64,000 nt of DNA from Raja brachyura (Eukaryota), in assembly GCA_963514005.1 (NCBI GenBank), contig OY740781.1:29760001-29824000 (forward strand), in the 5' to 3' direction. Made by a program: the position numbers and the translations under genes. Shown piece by piece: positions 26,053 through 37,712 of the stretch (the first letter of the stretch is position 1; each line of letters starts with the position of its first letter). The notes under the pieces are model-generated. The model saw only the letters and a program-made list of their open reading frames with translations. It was not told the origin of the DNA and searched no databases.

Positions 26053-26856
26053 GCGAGATGAAGCTCCGCCAGAGAGAAATCTGCTAAAATCCAGCCAGGT
26101 ACAGCAAAAACATACCCGCAAAACATGAATCCAGCCTGTTCCCGATGGCAACACAGTAACAGCCGCACGAATCCGTAGCATACGCCACCCCCTTGTTTTT
26201 TTTTTAAAAGGATTTAAAAAATAAAAGATCCGGAGAAAAAAAATGGTTTAAACAATGCTGCAATTAATTAAATATATATAAATGGGGAGATGGGTTAGTG
26301 CGGCTCCCCAAATATATAATCATGCATTGTAACCCACCGATATAAAGTAGAAAAAATGTAACCAAGAATATGTATCCATTGAAACGTAAAGCAAGCGTTC
26401 CCTTGTTCCTTCCTTGGTTTTTGGATAGATTAATCCAAACCCTTAATCCGCCGGGCAAGGCTCTTTAAATGACAGTGAAGATCGCTTTCTTCCTTCGTTC
26501 TCTCTTCTTCCTTTCCGCGTTCACGGATATACAGGCAGTGTCTTTTTTTGGGGGGGTTTAATATGTTCCTCCTGCCTTCTCTCTCTCTTCAGCTCGGCTT
26601 GAACGTGCTCCTGTTTGTCGCTTTCCCACTACTAACTTAATCCCTTTTTCTTTATACATTGATATATTTTTTTAAAAATCGCGAATCATCCGAGGTGGGG
26701 TTGGGAGAAGAAGGGGAAAAAAAAGATAACCCGGAGAGTTGTTGTCGCCGTTTGCAGCTCCTACTCCAATCCGCCTGTGGATTTTCTGCGAGCTCCGGAC
26801 TCCTGGCTGAAACTGACACAAGGGTTGAAATTTACAAGCCCTTGGTTTGGCTGCGC

Positions 26857-26861
26857 ATTGG
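26857..26861 (-). promoter_or_regulatory. CCAAT box
   Basis: ATTGG on plus, 10 bp from the E-box, in CGCGCCAATGCGCAG context. Confidence 0.45.
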
Positions 26862-26871
26862 CGCGGTCGAT

Positions 26872-26890
26872 CACGTGTGCGTCTAGACAC
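26872..26890 (-). promoter_or_regulatory. SMAD7 promoter TGF-beta response module: palindromic SBE + E-box
   Basis: GTCTAGAC at 26881-26888 and CACGTG at 26872-26877, separated by 3 bp (minus strand GTGTCTAGAC-GCA-CACGTG), the arrangement known from mammalian SMAD7 promoters. Confidence 0.9.
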
Positions 26891-28087
26891 TTTGTCGCGG
26901 CCCCCGGTTTAAAGTGATTGTTACGCAAACAAGCGATCACATTACTAACAGACCTTTTTACTTATAAGCCCCCTCCCCCCCCCTTTCAACGCACACGGGC
27001 ACCATTACAGCAAACCTCTGTGAACATTAAACCACTATTAATAAATAGCATAAACATTTAATGCACTTTTTAATGCGGGGAGCGAAAAAAACCGGACGAT
27101 CAACTGGAATTTTGAGAAGTGAAACTTGCTTCTCTTGTCTCTTGCATATATAAAAAGACCCCCCCCCCCCACTGGAATTCTGTGCATTGCACGGAACTAG
27201 GTAACGGCGCCGAGTTGTGTTCGCCGACTGTGGGGTTTTTTTTTGGTTATTGCACGTTGCTATGCTACGTGTAGAGACAGGGCGAATTAGATGTGAATCG
27301 AATTTTGCGGGCTGCCTTCAACCTTTGACACGGTTCATTTGTGCGTTTTAGATAGCTAGGTCAACGTTAACTTTCTGTTTCTTCACAGTGCCTTGAAGTG
27401 AATGTTGTGAAACTCTGCCTCACGAACGCTGATGAACACCGTCCGAGATTATGGTTTAACATGTATCCACACTACTGTCATTCGTCGCGCCTGAGCCAAC
27501 AACAACTTGCGTTCATTTTGTGCCAACGATGTAGGGAAATTTGTTGGATGATGTTATCGCTCATACAAGACTGGATGACAGGGCTGGGTGTCATCTGGGA
27601 ATGTGACGTTATCACTAGATTAGGAACTGGATGGAGCCAAACTCTAAACCTTGCAGGACTGAGATCATTGTTGGAAATTCATGGTCTGTAATCTGAAATA
27701 CGAGTGGACAATGTACATTAAGACTAAGCAGCACATGCACTATGTTCATGGATGTTCATGTTAAAATGTATTTTGTGTGTTTTGTTGCTTTTTAATGGTA
27801 TGATTGCATGGCAAATCAAATTATCCGTATGTTGCAAAACATACTTGGCTAATAAAGTATGATTATGGTTACTCATTTTGCAGTATAGATTCAATCTGGG
27901 CCTTTCCCCTGAGAATCCCACAGCAGGAGGAGGTGAATCTGTGGAATTCTTTGCCACAGAAGGCCATGGAAACCAAGTTAGTGGATATTTTTAAGGCAGA
28001 GATAGATAGATTCTTGAATCTTACGGGTGTTGGGGGTTATGAGGAGAAGGCAAGAGAATGGGGTTAGGAAGGAGAGATAGATCAGTC

Positions 28088-28830
28088 CATGGTTTCAAAG
28101 GTCTTTTATTGTCACGTGTACCAATTAAGGTACAGCAATATGCGAATTACCATACAGTCACACTGAAATAAAAGCATTAAGACACACAACTACATAAAGG
28201 TTAACATAAACATCCACCACAGTGGATTCCCCACATTCCTCACTGTGGTGGAAGGCAATAAAGTCCTAACTTCCTCTTTATTCTCCCGGGGTTGGGGCAG
28301 TCGAACCATCTGTCAGGATGATCGAAGCTCTCGTGTCGGGGCGATTGAAGCTCCTGCATCGGGGCGATCGAAGCTCCCACGTCAGGGCGTTCGAAGCTCC
28401 TTCGGCTAGGAGCTCCCGAAGTCGGTCTCTAACATTCATAACCAGAGACTGCGAGCTCCACGATGTTAAAGTCCACAGGCTCCCGCGTTTGGAACGCCAA
28501 GGTCAATCCCTGGCAAAGGAATCGCGAGCTCTGCGACGGTAAGTCCACAGGCACGTGGTTGGAGCTCCCGACTCGGTCTCCTGTAGAGGCCTCCAACTCC
28601 GAGATGTTAGGCCACAGCGTGGACGGAGATACTATATGGAAAAAAATTGCATCTCCGTCGAAGTAAGAGATTAGAAAAAGTTTCCCCCAACCCCCCCCCC
28701 CCCCCCCCCCCCCGAAACAAGCTAGAGAACACTAAAAACATACAATTAACACATACTTTTAAAACACCAAAGAAGGAAGGGACAGACAGTCAGTTGGCGA
28801 GGCAGCCATTGCTGGCCACACCCAGTGGGT
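28088..28830 (-). mobile_element. Unclassified non-autonomous retroelement inserted in a CR1 tail
   Basis: Splits the CR1 3' UTR (27890-28087 / 28831-28890). CpG-rich, poly-G, four 23-bp repeats, ends ...TACACGTGACAATAAAAG on minus. Confidence 0.65.
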
Positions 28831-29897
28831 AGTCATGATTGAATGGCGGAGTAGACTTGATGGGCCAAATACACCTATCACTTATGATTGCTGGATCTGG
28901 TTGTCTTTTCAATTTCAGCAGACCTTAGATCAGGAGCATGTTATGCATGTCCATGCAGTTCTGAACAGTGAGCTGCAATTGACCTAAGTACCTCCTGGCC
29001 TGATTAGGAAGAAAATATATTAAACAGTTCCCGACTTGGATAGTCACACGATTAACGTGTTGTGACTAGAGAACTGCGGCAAGGACATGGCGACTTCAGT
29101 AGGGTGAAAAACGACTGAATCAAAGCAGAACAAGAACCCATAAAGTAAGGTTCATTGACCTCCCTCCATACTACTCATTGTGTAATCTTCACACTAAAAC
29201 AGCTCAGTAAGCATTTACTTCATGAAATAATTCGGTCTATGCTATTATTTTCAAAGAAATCAATTTTCTTGCATCCCTGAAGGGGCATTTGGCACACAGT
29301 CTCCTCATGTGATGAACTTAGGAGAAAGCAGCGAATTTTAGCACATGGTTTAACTATATGTGGCATTACAAGTGAGACACATTATGATCGGAACTGGATC
29401 CACAATATTTACAGCAGGGGACGGGGCAAGTGTCCAGGGCAGCCACCCTTAACTAATTTATTCCACCTTTCCGGTTCAGGGACACTAGTAACTAATTAAT
29501 TGTCATCATTGAGCAAGGCCAGGTGACTCAGCACAGGAGCACATCATGAAGTAACATTGACAACTAGCATTGATACAGGCCCTTTCATGTAGATGTGTCC
29601 CAGAAGCATAGTCATGCAGATGGCTTCAATGGTGTCTTTCAAAGGTTTCTTCATTGTCACGTGTAGCAAGGTACAGTCAAATACACTTTTTGCATACCCA
29701 GCAAGACTATCCCTGTTCATAAACACAATTACCCTGGTCAGTACAGAATGCACAGAATAGCTCGCTGGGTTTGTATGCAAGAGGCAGAATGTTTGGCTCC
29801 ACTTTACAGTCCCAGCTGCAGCTAGCCACAAGCGTCATTACAGCCATCACTCCATTCTGCTCATCCCACACACTGATGTCCCTCTCCACTCCTAGCC

Positions 29898-30330
29898 CTC
29901 TTGTTCCTGGGGGGGGGGGGCACGCACGCACCGGACTTCGGGTGCTGCGGTCTCCAGGGAGGAAGCGGCCGCTCCAGACATTCCAAGCTGCTGAGGAGTG
30001 TTCACCCAACACTGGTGTTCCATCTTCCCAGCAGGAGGACCGCTGTTGTGGCGACTGGCTGCGGAGGCCTCAAATGGGCCCCGACCTCGGGTGATCACAG
30101 TGGAAGAGGACTGAACTTTCTGATGCCTTTCCCCACAGTGGAAAATTTTGATTCTGCTGTGGTGGGACATTCATGTTGAATTCTACAATGTGTTGTGTCA
30201 CTTTTCTTTTTTTAAATTTTTCTATGGATGTACGGAAACGTAATTATTTCTTCTATGTAAAGCATTTTGGTTTCAATGCGAGTTGATTTAAACGTGCTAT
30301 AAAAATAAAATTGACTTACTTACTTACTTA
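29898..30330 (+). mobile_element. L2-type 3' end / L2-tailed non-autonomous element
   Basis: TGTAAAGCATTTTGG...GTGCTATAAAAATAAA followed by (ACTT)n. Confidence 0.55.
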
Positions 30331-32563
30331 CCTCCTGTAGCTGATCTTGTAGGCGCAGGAGGCAAGACCCGCACCGGTTCTTCTCACTGGTCTCCTTGTC
30401 CAGCATCCCTCGCCATCTCCCTCCACCTCCTCTTCGATTCCTGATACAAACACAAGGAGAAAACAGAAGTGGTGACCGAAAACTTGGAGAAAGAGAAAGG
30501 TTCATCACAGTCTCACACAAACCCCTGCGCTTCTTCTCACCCACCGGCGATAAACAACGTACATTTACAGAATGTCTTTAACGCCTTCAATGAGATTCCA
30601 CCACCACTCAGGAGAAAGGTCCCAACCCAAAATGTCACCTATTTATGTTCTCCCGAGATGCTGCCTGACCAGCTGAGTTACAACAACACTTTGCTTGGTG
30701 TTTTTACCAGTCACATATTTGCCTCTTCTTGCCTTTCACCATTCTGAAGGGACCATTTCATTTTCGACTCCCTGGTCTGTTACTTAATTTCCACCATCCA
30801 TTCTCTCTCTCACGATACTTTCACACACAACTTCAGGAGGCGCAAAACTTGGCCGTTAAATGACGATAGACACAAAGTGCTGGAGTAACAGCGGGTCAGG
30901 TAGCATCGCTGGAGGAACAAAACTGTAAATATACGTGGTTCATTACAACTCTGTGTTTGGCTCTTCCCTTCCCAGAATTCAGGGGCCCCAACCCTTCTTC
31001 GAGGTGAACTGCTGATTCACTTGCAATCTATGACATTTCAGTCATGATGGGTTCCACTCCATGCTGGATACACTAAATGTAGAATGAGAGATTGCTGTGC
31101 AGAACAGCTGTATTAGGTCTGCAGAGGTGATTCTGACTTTCCTGATGTTGCCCATTTTAATTGATAATGGTGATGATGGTACTTTATTGTCACTTGTACC
31201 TAGCTGGGTGCAGTGAAATTCTTTGTTTTTGCGTACAAAGTATACAAAAGAGTCGCCACAAAAGTGCCAAAAAAGTTGCAAAAACTACTCATCTCACAAT
31301 ATATTCTCCATCTCATTCCAAGTCTGACCTGTCTGTTTTTGCACCATTGTAAAGGAACCCAATATAAGCCTAAGGAAGAGCATCTCATGTGTCGAAAGGA
31401 ACTGCAGATGCTGGTTTAAACCAATGATAGACAGAAAAAGCTGGAGTAACTCAGCTCGTCAGACAGCATCTATGGAGAATAGAAATAGGTGACGTTTCGG
31501 GTCGAGAACCTTCAGAATCATCTTCATCTCATCTTCCACTTGGGCACACAGCATTGTGATTAGTACGGGTGTCAGAGGTTATGGGGAGAAGGTAGGAGAA
31601 TGGGGTTAGGAGGGAGAGATATATCAGCCATGATTGAATGGCGGAGTAGACTTGATGGGCCGAATGGCCTAATTCTGCTCCTCTCAATTATGATCTTATG
31701 ACAGCACGCTTCTGCATTGAATATCAAACTCCACAGGTAATATGCTTTCTCTCCTTGCATCAGACTGGCTATATCGGCTGAGGTCATCTATCCATGTTAT
31801 TAGTTTAACTTTCCTCCCTCCAGTTGAATGGCCTGATCTGCTGAATATTGCCTGCAGCTCTGCATTACACAGCTTTGATAGTTCAGTTTAGTTTAGTTTA
31901 TTGTCATGTGTACCGAAGTACAGTGATAAGTTTTGTTGCGTGCTAACCAGCGAGTGGAAAGACTATACATGATTACAATCGAGCCATGCCCAGTGTACAT
32001 GATAATAGGAATAACGTTTAGTGCATGATAAAGTCCAGTAAAGTCTGTGATATTCCTTTGTGTTCTGACTCTCTGCTCTCATTTCATTGTCTTTATGTTC
32101 TGGTTCCCTGAACAGCTTCGTCAACCCATTAATTGGATGACTTCTATCTACCCCTTATCTTAATCTATACTCGGTCTACACTCTATCCAGATATTTCCTT
32201 TCTCCTATCCATCCTTCCTCTATCTTCCCTGCAACTTAAAACCAAGTTTTATTAAACTAACTAGGTTTTCTCTCTTCTCCATTCTGAATAAAAGATCTTT
32301 GGTCTGAAATATTAATGCTGTTCACTTTGGTGAATTTATTCAGAAGGCTCTGCTTTCAGTCATTTGGAATCTCAAATGTCTATTCTTCTAAACTCCAGAA
32401 ACATCAGCGCAGATCACTATTTTGATCTTCATATAAGGCAAGCACATTACATCAGGAACTAATCTGACAAACCTGTTCTATATTCCCAACAAGACAGTAT
32501 TCTTTAATTAGGAAGATCAAAATTGTAAAAAAAAATCAGGCCCTTAGAAGGAGCTTGTTTATG

Positions 32564-33200
32564 AATCATAACGAGAGCATTTGAGCGTTGAGCATTCACA
32601 GCGAGAGGATTTGAGTATAGGATAATTCATAGCGAAAGGATTTGAGTATAGGAGAATTCATAGCGAGATGATTTGAGTATAGGAGCAAGGAGGCCCTACG
32701 GCAGTTGTTCAGGTCCCTGGTGAGACCACTCTTGTGTGGAGTTTTTGCTCTTAATTTGAGGAAGGACATTCTTGCTATTTGAGGGAGTGCAGTGTAGGTC
32801 CACCAGGTTAATTCCTGGGATGGCGGGACTGACATGATAAAAGAATGGATCGACTGGGTTTATATTCACTGGAAATTAGGAGGATGAGAAGGGATCTTAT
32901 AGAAACATATAAAATTCTTAATGGACTGGTCAGGCTAGATGCGGGTAAATGTTCCCGATGTTGGGGGAGTCCAGAACCAAGGGTCACAGTTTAAGAATAA
33001 GGGGTAGGCCATTTAGGACTGAGATGAGGAAAAACGTTTTCACCCAGAGAGTTGTGAATCTGTGGCATTCTCTGCCGCGGAAGGAAGTGGAGGCTTATTC
33101 ACTGGATGTTTTCAAGAGAGATTTTCAAAATTTTGTCTGATCAGTCATGCTGGCTCAAATGGCCAAATGGCCTACTCATGCACCTATTTTCTATGTTTCT
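32564..33200 (+). mobile_element. CR1 3' fragment with tandemly reiterated 5' junction
   Basis: MFPMLGESRTKGHSLRIRGRPFRTEMRKN remnant; four ~31-bp repeats at the 5' end. Confidence 0.85.
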
Positions 33201-33597
33201 GTTTCCATAATCATACAGTGTGGATACAGGCCTTTTGCCCTACGTACATACACCGACGAACATGTCCCATCTACACTAGTCCCACCTGCCTGCATTTGGC
33301 ACATATCCCTCTAAACCAGTCTAAATGTTTCCTAAACATTGTGATAGTACCTGCCTCAACTACCTCCTCCGGTAGCTGGTTCCATACACCCACCACTCCT
33401 TGAATGAAAAGTTACCCCTCAGCTTCCTGTTAAATAACCTCTAATAATGTCCCTACGGTACATTTGTAAGATTCATAAGTATTTTTTAAATTACGCGTCT
33501 ATACAAAGTAATGGAAAAACAAAACAGAGATTTGATTCTAGGTTGGTATACACAAGTTCCCTGGGACATTCCACTCGACCTGCAGAAGTGAGCCAAA

Positions 33598-33757
33598 CTT
33601 TAGTTTAGATTAGAGATACAGTGCGGAAACAGGCCCTTTGGCCCACCAAGTTTGCACCGACCAGCGATCCCTGCACATTAACACTACCCTACACACACCA
33701 GGGACAATTTTACACATACACCAAGCCAATTAACCTATAAACCTGTACGCCTTTGAA
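33598..33757 (-). mobile_element. HE1-like SINE 3' half
   Basis: Same family. Confidence 0.8.
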
Positions 33758-33877
33758 TGCAAACTTGCGATTGCTATTGTTTTCTATTCTATACACTGTT
33801 CACTGAAACTCTGCAAAAGCTTGAGGAATAGCACCTCAATTTTCAGCTACGCTTATTACAACTTTCCGAACTCACTA

Positions 33878-34428
33878 AGGATAGACACAAAATGCCGGAA
33901 TAACTCAGCAGGACAGGCACCATCTCTAGATAGAAGGAATGGGTTTTGGGTCGAGACCCTTCTTCAGGCTGAATCAGGGGAGAGGGAGATACAGAGATAA
34001 GGAAGTGTAAGGTGTGAAAACTAGACAAATGGGATAGAGATCAAGGAAAACATAGAATAGATCATTGTTATCTAGGAGAAGATAACAACAAAGCAAACAG
34101 AGATCAAATGTAAATGAGGACAGTCAGACTAGTCAGAAAACTGGGAAGGGGGGAGGGATGGAGAGAGAGGAAAGGCAAAGGTTACTTGAAGTTAGCTAAG
34201 TAAATATTCATACTGCTAGGGCTGCCCAAGCAAAATATTAGGTGTTCCTCCAATTTGCACTGAGCTTCAGTCTGACAATGGAGGAGGCCCAGAGCAGAAA
34301 GGATAATGTGGGAATGGGAGGTGGTGTTAAAATGCCTGGGAATTAGCAACCAGAAGATCAGATAGGCTTAGGCGGACTGAGCAGAGGTGTTCAGCGAAAC
34401 AATTGGAGAGCCTGTGCTTGGTCCAATC
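33878..34428 (-). mobile_element. Penelope-like element 3' end (GIY-YIG C-terminus + pseudo-LTR)
   Basis: Minus strand encodes decayed TKHRLSNCFAEHLCSVR...HFN..SHSH..LS.LGLLHCQ.EA..KLEEHLIF.LG...MNI...NFK*, then a pyrimidine tract and the dispersed pLTR repeat. Confidence 0.82.
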
Positions 34429-34459
34429 TGACTATTGAGTTCCTGATTTTCCAATAATG

Positions 34460-35078
34460 ATAGGAGCAGGGAGGTTCTACTGCAGGTGTACAGGGTTTTG
34501 GTGAGGCCACACCTGGAGTATTGCGTACAGTTTTGGTCTCCAAATCTGAGGAAAGACATCCTTGCCATAGAGGGGGTACAGAGAAGATTCACCAGACTGA
34601 TTCCTGGGATGTCAGGACTTTCATATGAGGAAAGATTGGATAGACTCGGCTTGTACTCGCTGGAATTTAGAAGATTGAGGGGGGATCTTATAGAAACTTA
34701 CAAAATTCTTAAGGGGTTGGACAAGCTAGATGCTGGAAGATTGTTCCCGATGTTGGGGGAGTCCAGAACAAGGGGTCACAGTCTAAGGATAAGGGGGAAT
34801 TCCTTTAGGACCGAAATGAGGAAAACATTCTTTACACAGAGAGTCGTGAGTCTCTGGAATTCTCTGCCACAGAAGGTAGTTGAGGCCAGTTCATTGGCTA
34901 TATTTAAGAGGGCGTTAGATGTGGCACTTGTGGCAAAAGGGATCAGGGGGTATGGAGAGAAGGCAGGTACGGGATACTGAGTTGGATGATCAGCCATGAT
35001 CACATTGAATGGCGGTGCAGGCTCGAAGGGCCGAATGGCCTACTCCTGCACCTATTTTCTATGTTTCTATGTTTCTAT
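34460..35078 (+). mobile_element. CR1 3' fragment, young subfamily
   Basis: RPHLEYCVQFWSP...GYGEKAGTGY plus (TTTCTATG)n tail, near-identical to the 52201-55330 copy. Confidence 0.92.
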
Positions 35079-35736
35079 GATTCTGCTATTTCCAATTGTA
35101 TTTCCTGTGGCTCCGTCTTGTACGTGTCCCTTTCCTGCCTCCTGTTTTCTTGCACTTTTATTTTTACCCTTGGATATTTTTTCTTGCCTTCTGCTCTTAT
35201 TTAGATCCTGTATTCTTTCTTCTTCCTATCTCTATTTGCATTTTAAAGTGATATCATCATCATTTCCAATCCCAAAAATAGTTGAGGCAGGTACAATAAC
35301 AACATTTAAAATACACTGTCACAGGTACATTGATAAAAAGGATTTAGAGGGATATGGGCCAGACCTAGACAAATGGGACTTGCTAAGAAGAGGTATCTTG
35401 GTCAGCATGAATGAGTTGACCTGAATGTTTCCATGCTGTATGTCTCTGTGATTCTATGATTGGCAATTGACCTGAAACTAAGTATTTTTGTCTCCACAGA
35501 GGATGCCTGACCCACTCAATATTTAGACTATTTTCTGCATTTGCTATCTCTGGATACTGTTTTGAAATGGAAGTCCAACATTATAAGATCTTGAATGAGA
35601 CTGTGTGCAACTATCAATAAAACTTAACCTCCACTTCCCCCTCCCTCACCTTCCTCACCAAGCATTGCGGCATTCTGAGCTGACTTTGCCAGAGACCTTG
35701 CACACTATAATCAAGAAACAGGCCAGAAGATATGTC

Positions 35737-36415
35737 AAGATTCAAGATTCAAGAGAGTTTATTGTCATGTGTCCCAGATAGGACAATGAAATTCTTGCTT
35801 TGGTTCAGCGCAACAGGATATAGTAGGCACAAATAAATACAGATCCGATCAGTGTGATCATATACCATTGAATATATATGCACACATAAATAAGCAGATA
35901 AAGTGCAATGGGCTATTAAAGTTCAGATTTTTGTTTGAGTTGAGTTTAATAGCCTGATGGGGAAGTAGCTTTTCCTGAACCTGGATATGTTGCAGATTTC
36001 AGGCTCCTGTACCTTCTACCTGAAGGGAGCGGGGAGATGAGTGAGTGGCCAGGATGGTGTGCATCCTTGATGAAGCTGGCAGCCTTTTTGAGGCAGCGAC
36101 TGCGATAGATGGTGGGGAGGTCAGAGCCAGTGATGGACTGGGCAGTGTTTACAACTTTTTGCAGTCTTTTCCACTCCTGGGCGCACAAGCTGCCGAACCA
36201 AGCCACGATGCAACCGGTCAGCGTGCACCTGTAGAAGTTCAAGAGAGTCCTCCTTGACATACCGACTCTCCGTAATCTTCTCAGGAAGTGGAGGCGCTGA
36301 TGTGCTTTCTTTGTAATTGCATCAGTGTTCTCGGACCAGGAGAGATCTTCAGAGATATGCACGCCCAGGAATTTGAAGCTCTTGACCCTTTCCACCATCG
36401 ACCCGTTGGTGGAGA
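35737..36415 (-). mobile_element. Rex1/Babar-type LINE 3' end
   Basis: VKSFKFLGVHISEDLSW...KKAHQRLHFLRRLR...HPGHSLISPLPSGRRYRS; tail ACAATAAACTCTC(TTGAATC)n. Confidence 0.88.
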
Positions 36416-37595
36416 GGGTCCAAAGCAAGATGGACAACGTAACGTTACTGATAAGATTACATAAGGTTACTTCAGTCTGAAGAAGGGTTTCGGCCCGAAA
36501 CATTGCCTATTTCCTTCACTCAATAGATGCTGCCGCACCCGCTGAGTTTCGCCAGCACTTTTGCCCACCTAAGGTTTCTCTTGTGCTCTTTACTTATATT
36601 AACCTAGTGAATGCTTTTTCGGTCACTAGGGAAATCCCAATTTGGGTTTTGGAATTAGAAGTCCCATTTCATCGTCTACTTAACTTTCTGAACAGGTCAC
36701 CCATGTGATGGTGGGTCAGTAAATCAAAAAGGTTGCCAAAAACTGTTTGACATGGATACTATTGTGAATATGGATCATGAACTGCAGTCGATTTGACTTG
36801 TCATTTTGCGTCACCTGCTTTCTTGACCTTCATCTGGACCACTGCTTAAAGATAAGAGATCAACTATTTAAGGCTTAGAACTCTCTTCCACAAAGAGTGG
36901 TGGAGGCAGATTTGTTGTCTCTCTGCAACAAATGCTTTTCACTGTATCTTGGTTTATTGTTTGTGCAATAAACTGAACTTAACTAAACGCAAACTCAGCT
37001 CAACTCTTCTTAAGGCCAAGTTTGGTAGATTATTGAAAAGCAAGGAGTGAGGGTATCTGCGGGTTAGGTGGGCACGCAGAGATGAAGTTTACAAATCGAT
37101 CAGTCGTAATCTTATTCAATACATCGTCAAATGTGCAACAAAGATATAAGGTACCTCATTTGTGTTGAATAAGTACCTCCCTACTGGAAATTGGAAGGTA
37201 ATGCTTAATTCATCTATTATAGAAAGATAGAAATAAATTAATCTGCATTGTAACTGCCGATCTTGACTCATTGCTGCAATGTGGGTGTTTCTAACCACCA
37301 ACAGGAGGAATCAAGAGTCAAGAGTGTTTTATTGTCACAAGTCCCATAATTCTCTACAAGGATTGCCAATCCTCCCTCCACAAGATAATTCACTCATGAG
37401 GAACAGCAAAAATGTCCATTTACATTATTTGAGTTTATACCTAATTACAAAGGTTATAGTGAGATGTCAGAGATCTCCCAAGGAAATTATTAGCAATTCC
37501 AGGTGTGGGAAATCAGTATGGTAAGCACAGATGTGGTAAGTACTAACCTGTATTCATTCAGCCAGGTCTTACAGTAAGGATAACAGTATCTGAGC

Positions 37596-37712
37596 ATAGA
37601 CACAAAAAGCTGGAGTAACTCAGCGGGACAGGCAGCATCTCTGGAGCTGAGTTACTCCAGCTTTTTGTGTCTATCTTCGGTATAAACCAGCATCTGCAGT
37701 TCCTTCCTACAC
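37596..37712. mobile_element. Penelope pLTR inverted mini-insertion
   Basis: Perfect 29-bp inverted repeat; TSD ACAGTAT(C/T)TGAGCA. Confidence 0.8.

Larger units (their letters stand above)
24500..27520. other. CpG-retaining, repeat-free promoter/exon 1 domain
   Basis: CpG visibly more frequent than in flanking DNA, with no recognisable TE, suggesting an unmethylated island (judged by eye). Confidence 0.6.

Noticed and set aside
25831-26128. Plus-strand Pro/Ala-rich ORFs
   Set aside because: Antisense shadows of the poly-Gly codons.
25513-26181. 222-aa ORF as the full SMAD7 exon 1 protein
   Set aside because: The conserved start is M44 (26052), and the last residues (KKYMTYFII) are intron read-through past the GTAAG donor.
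32564-32686. CRISPR-like repeat array
   Set aside because: No spacers, units derive from CR1 coding sequence, and the context is eukaryotic.
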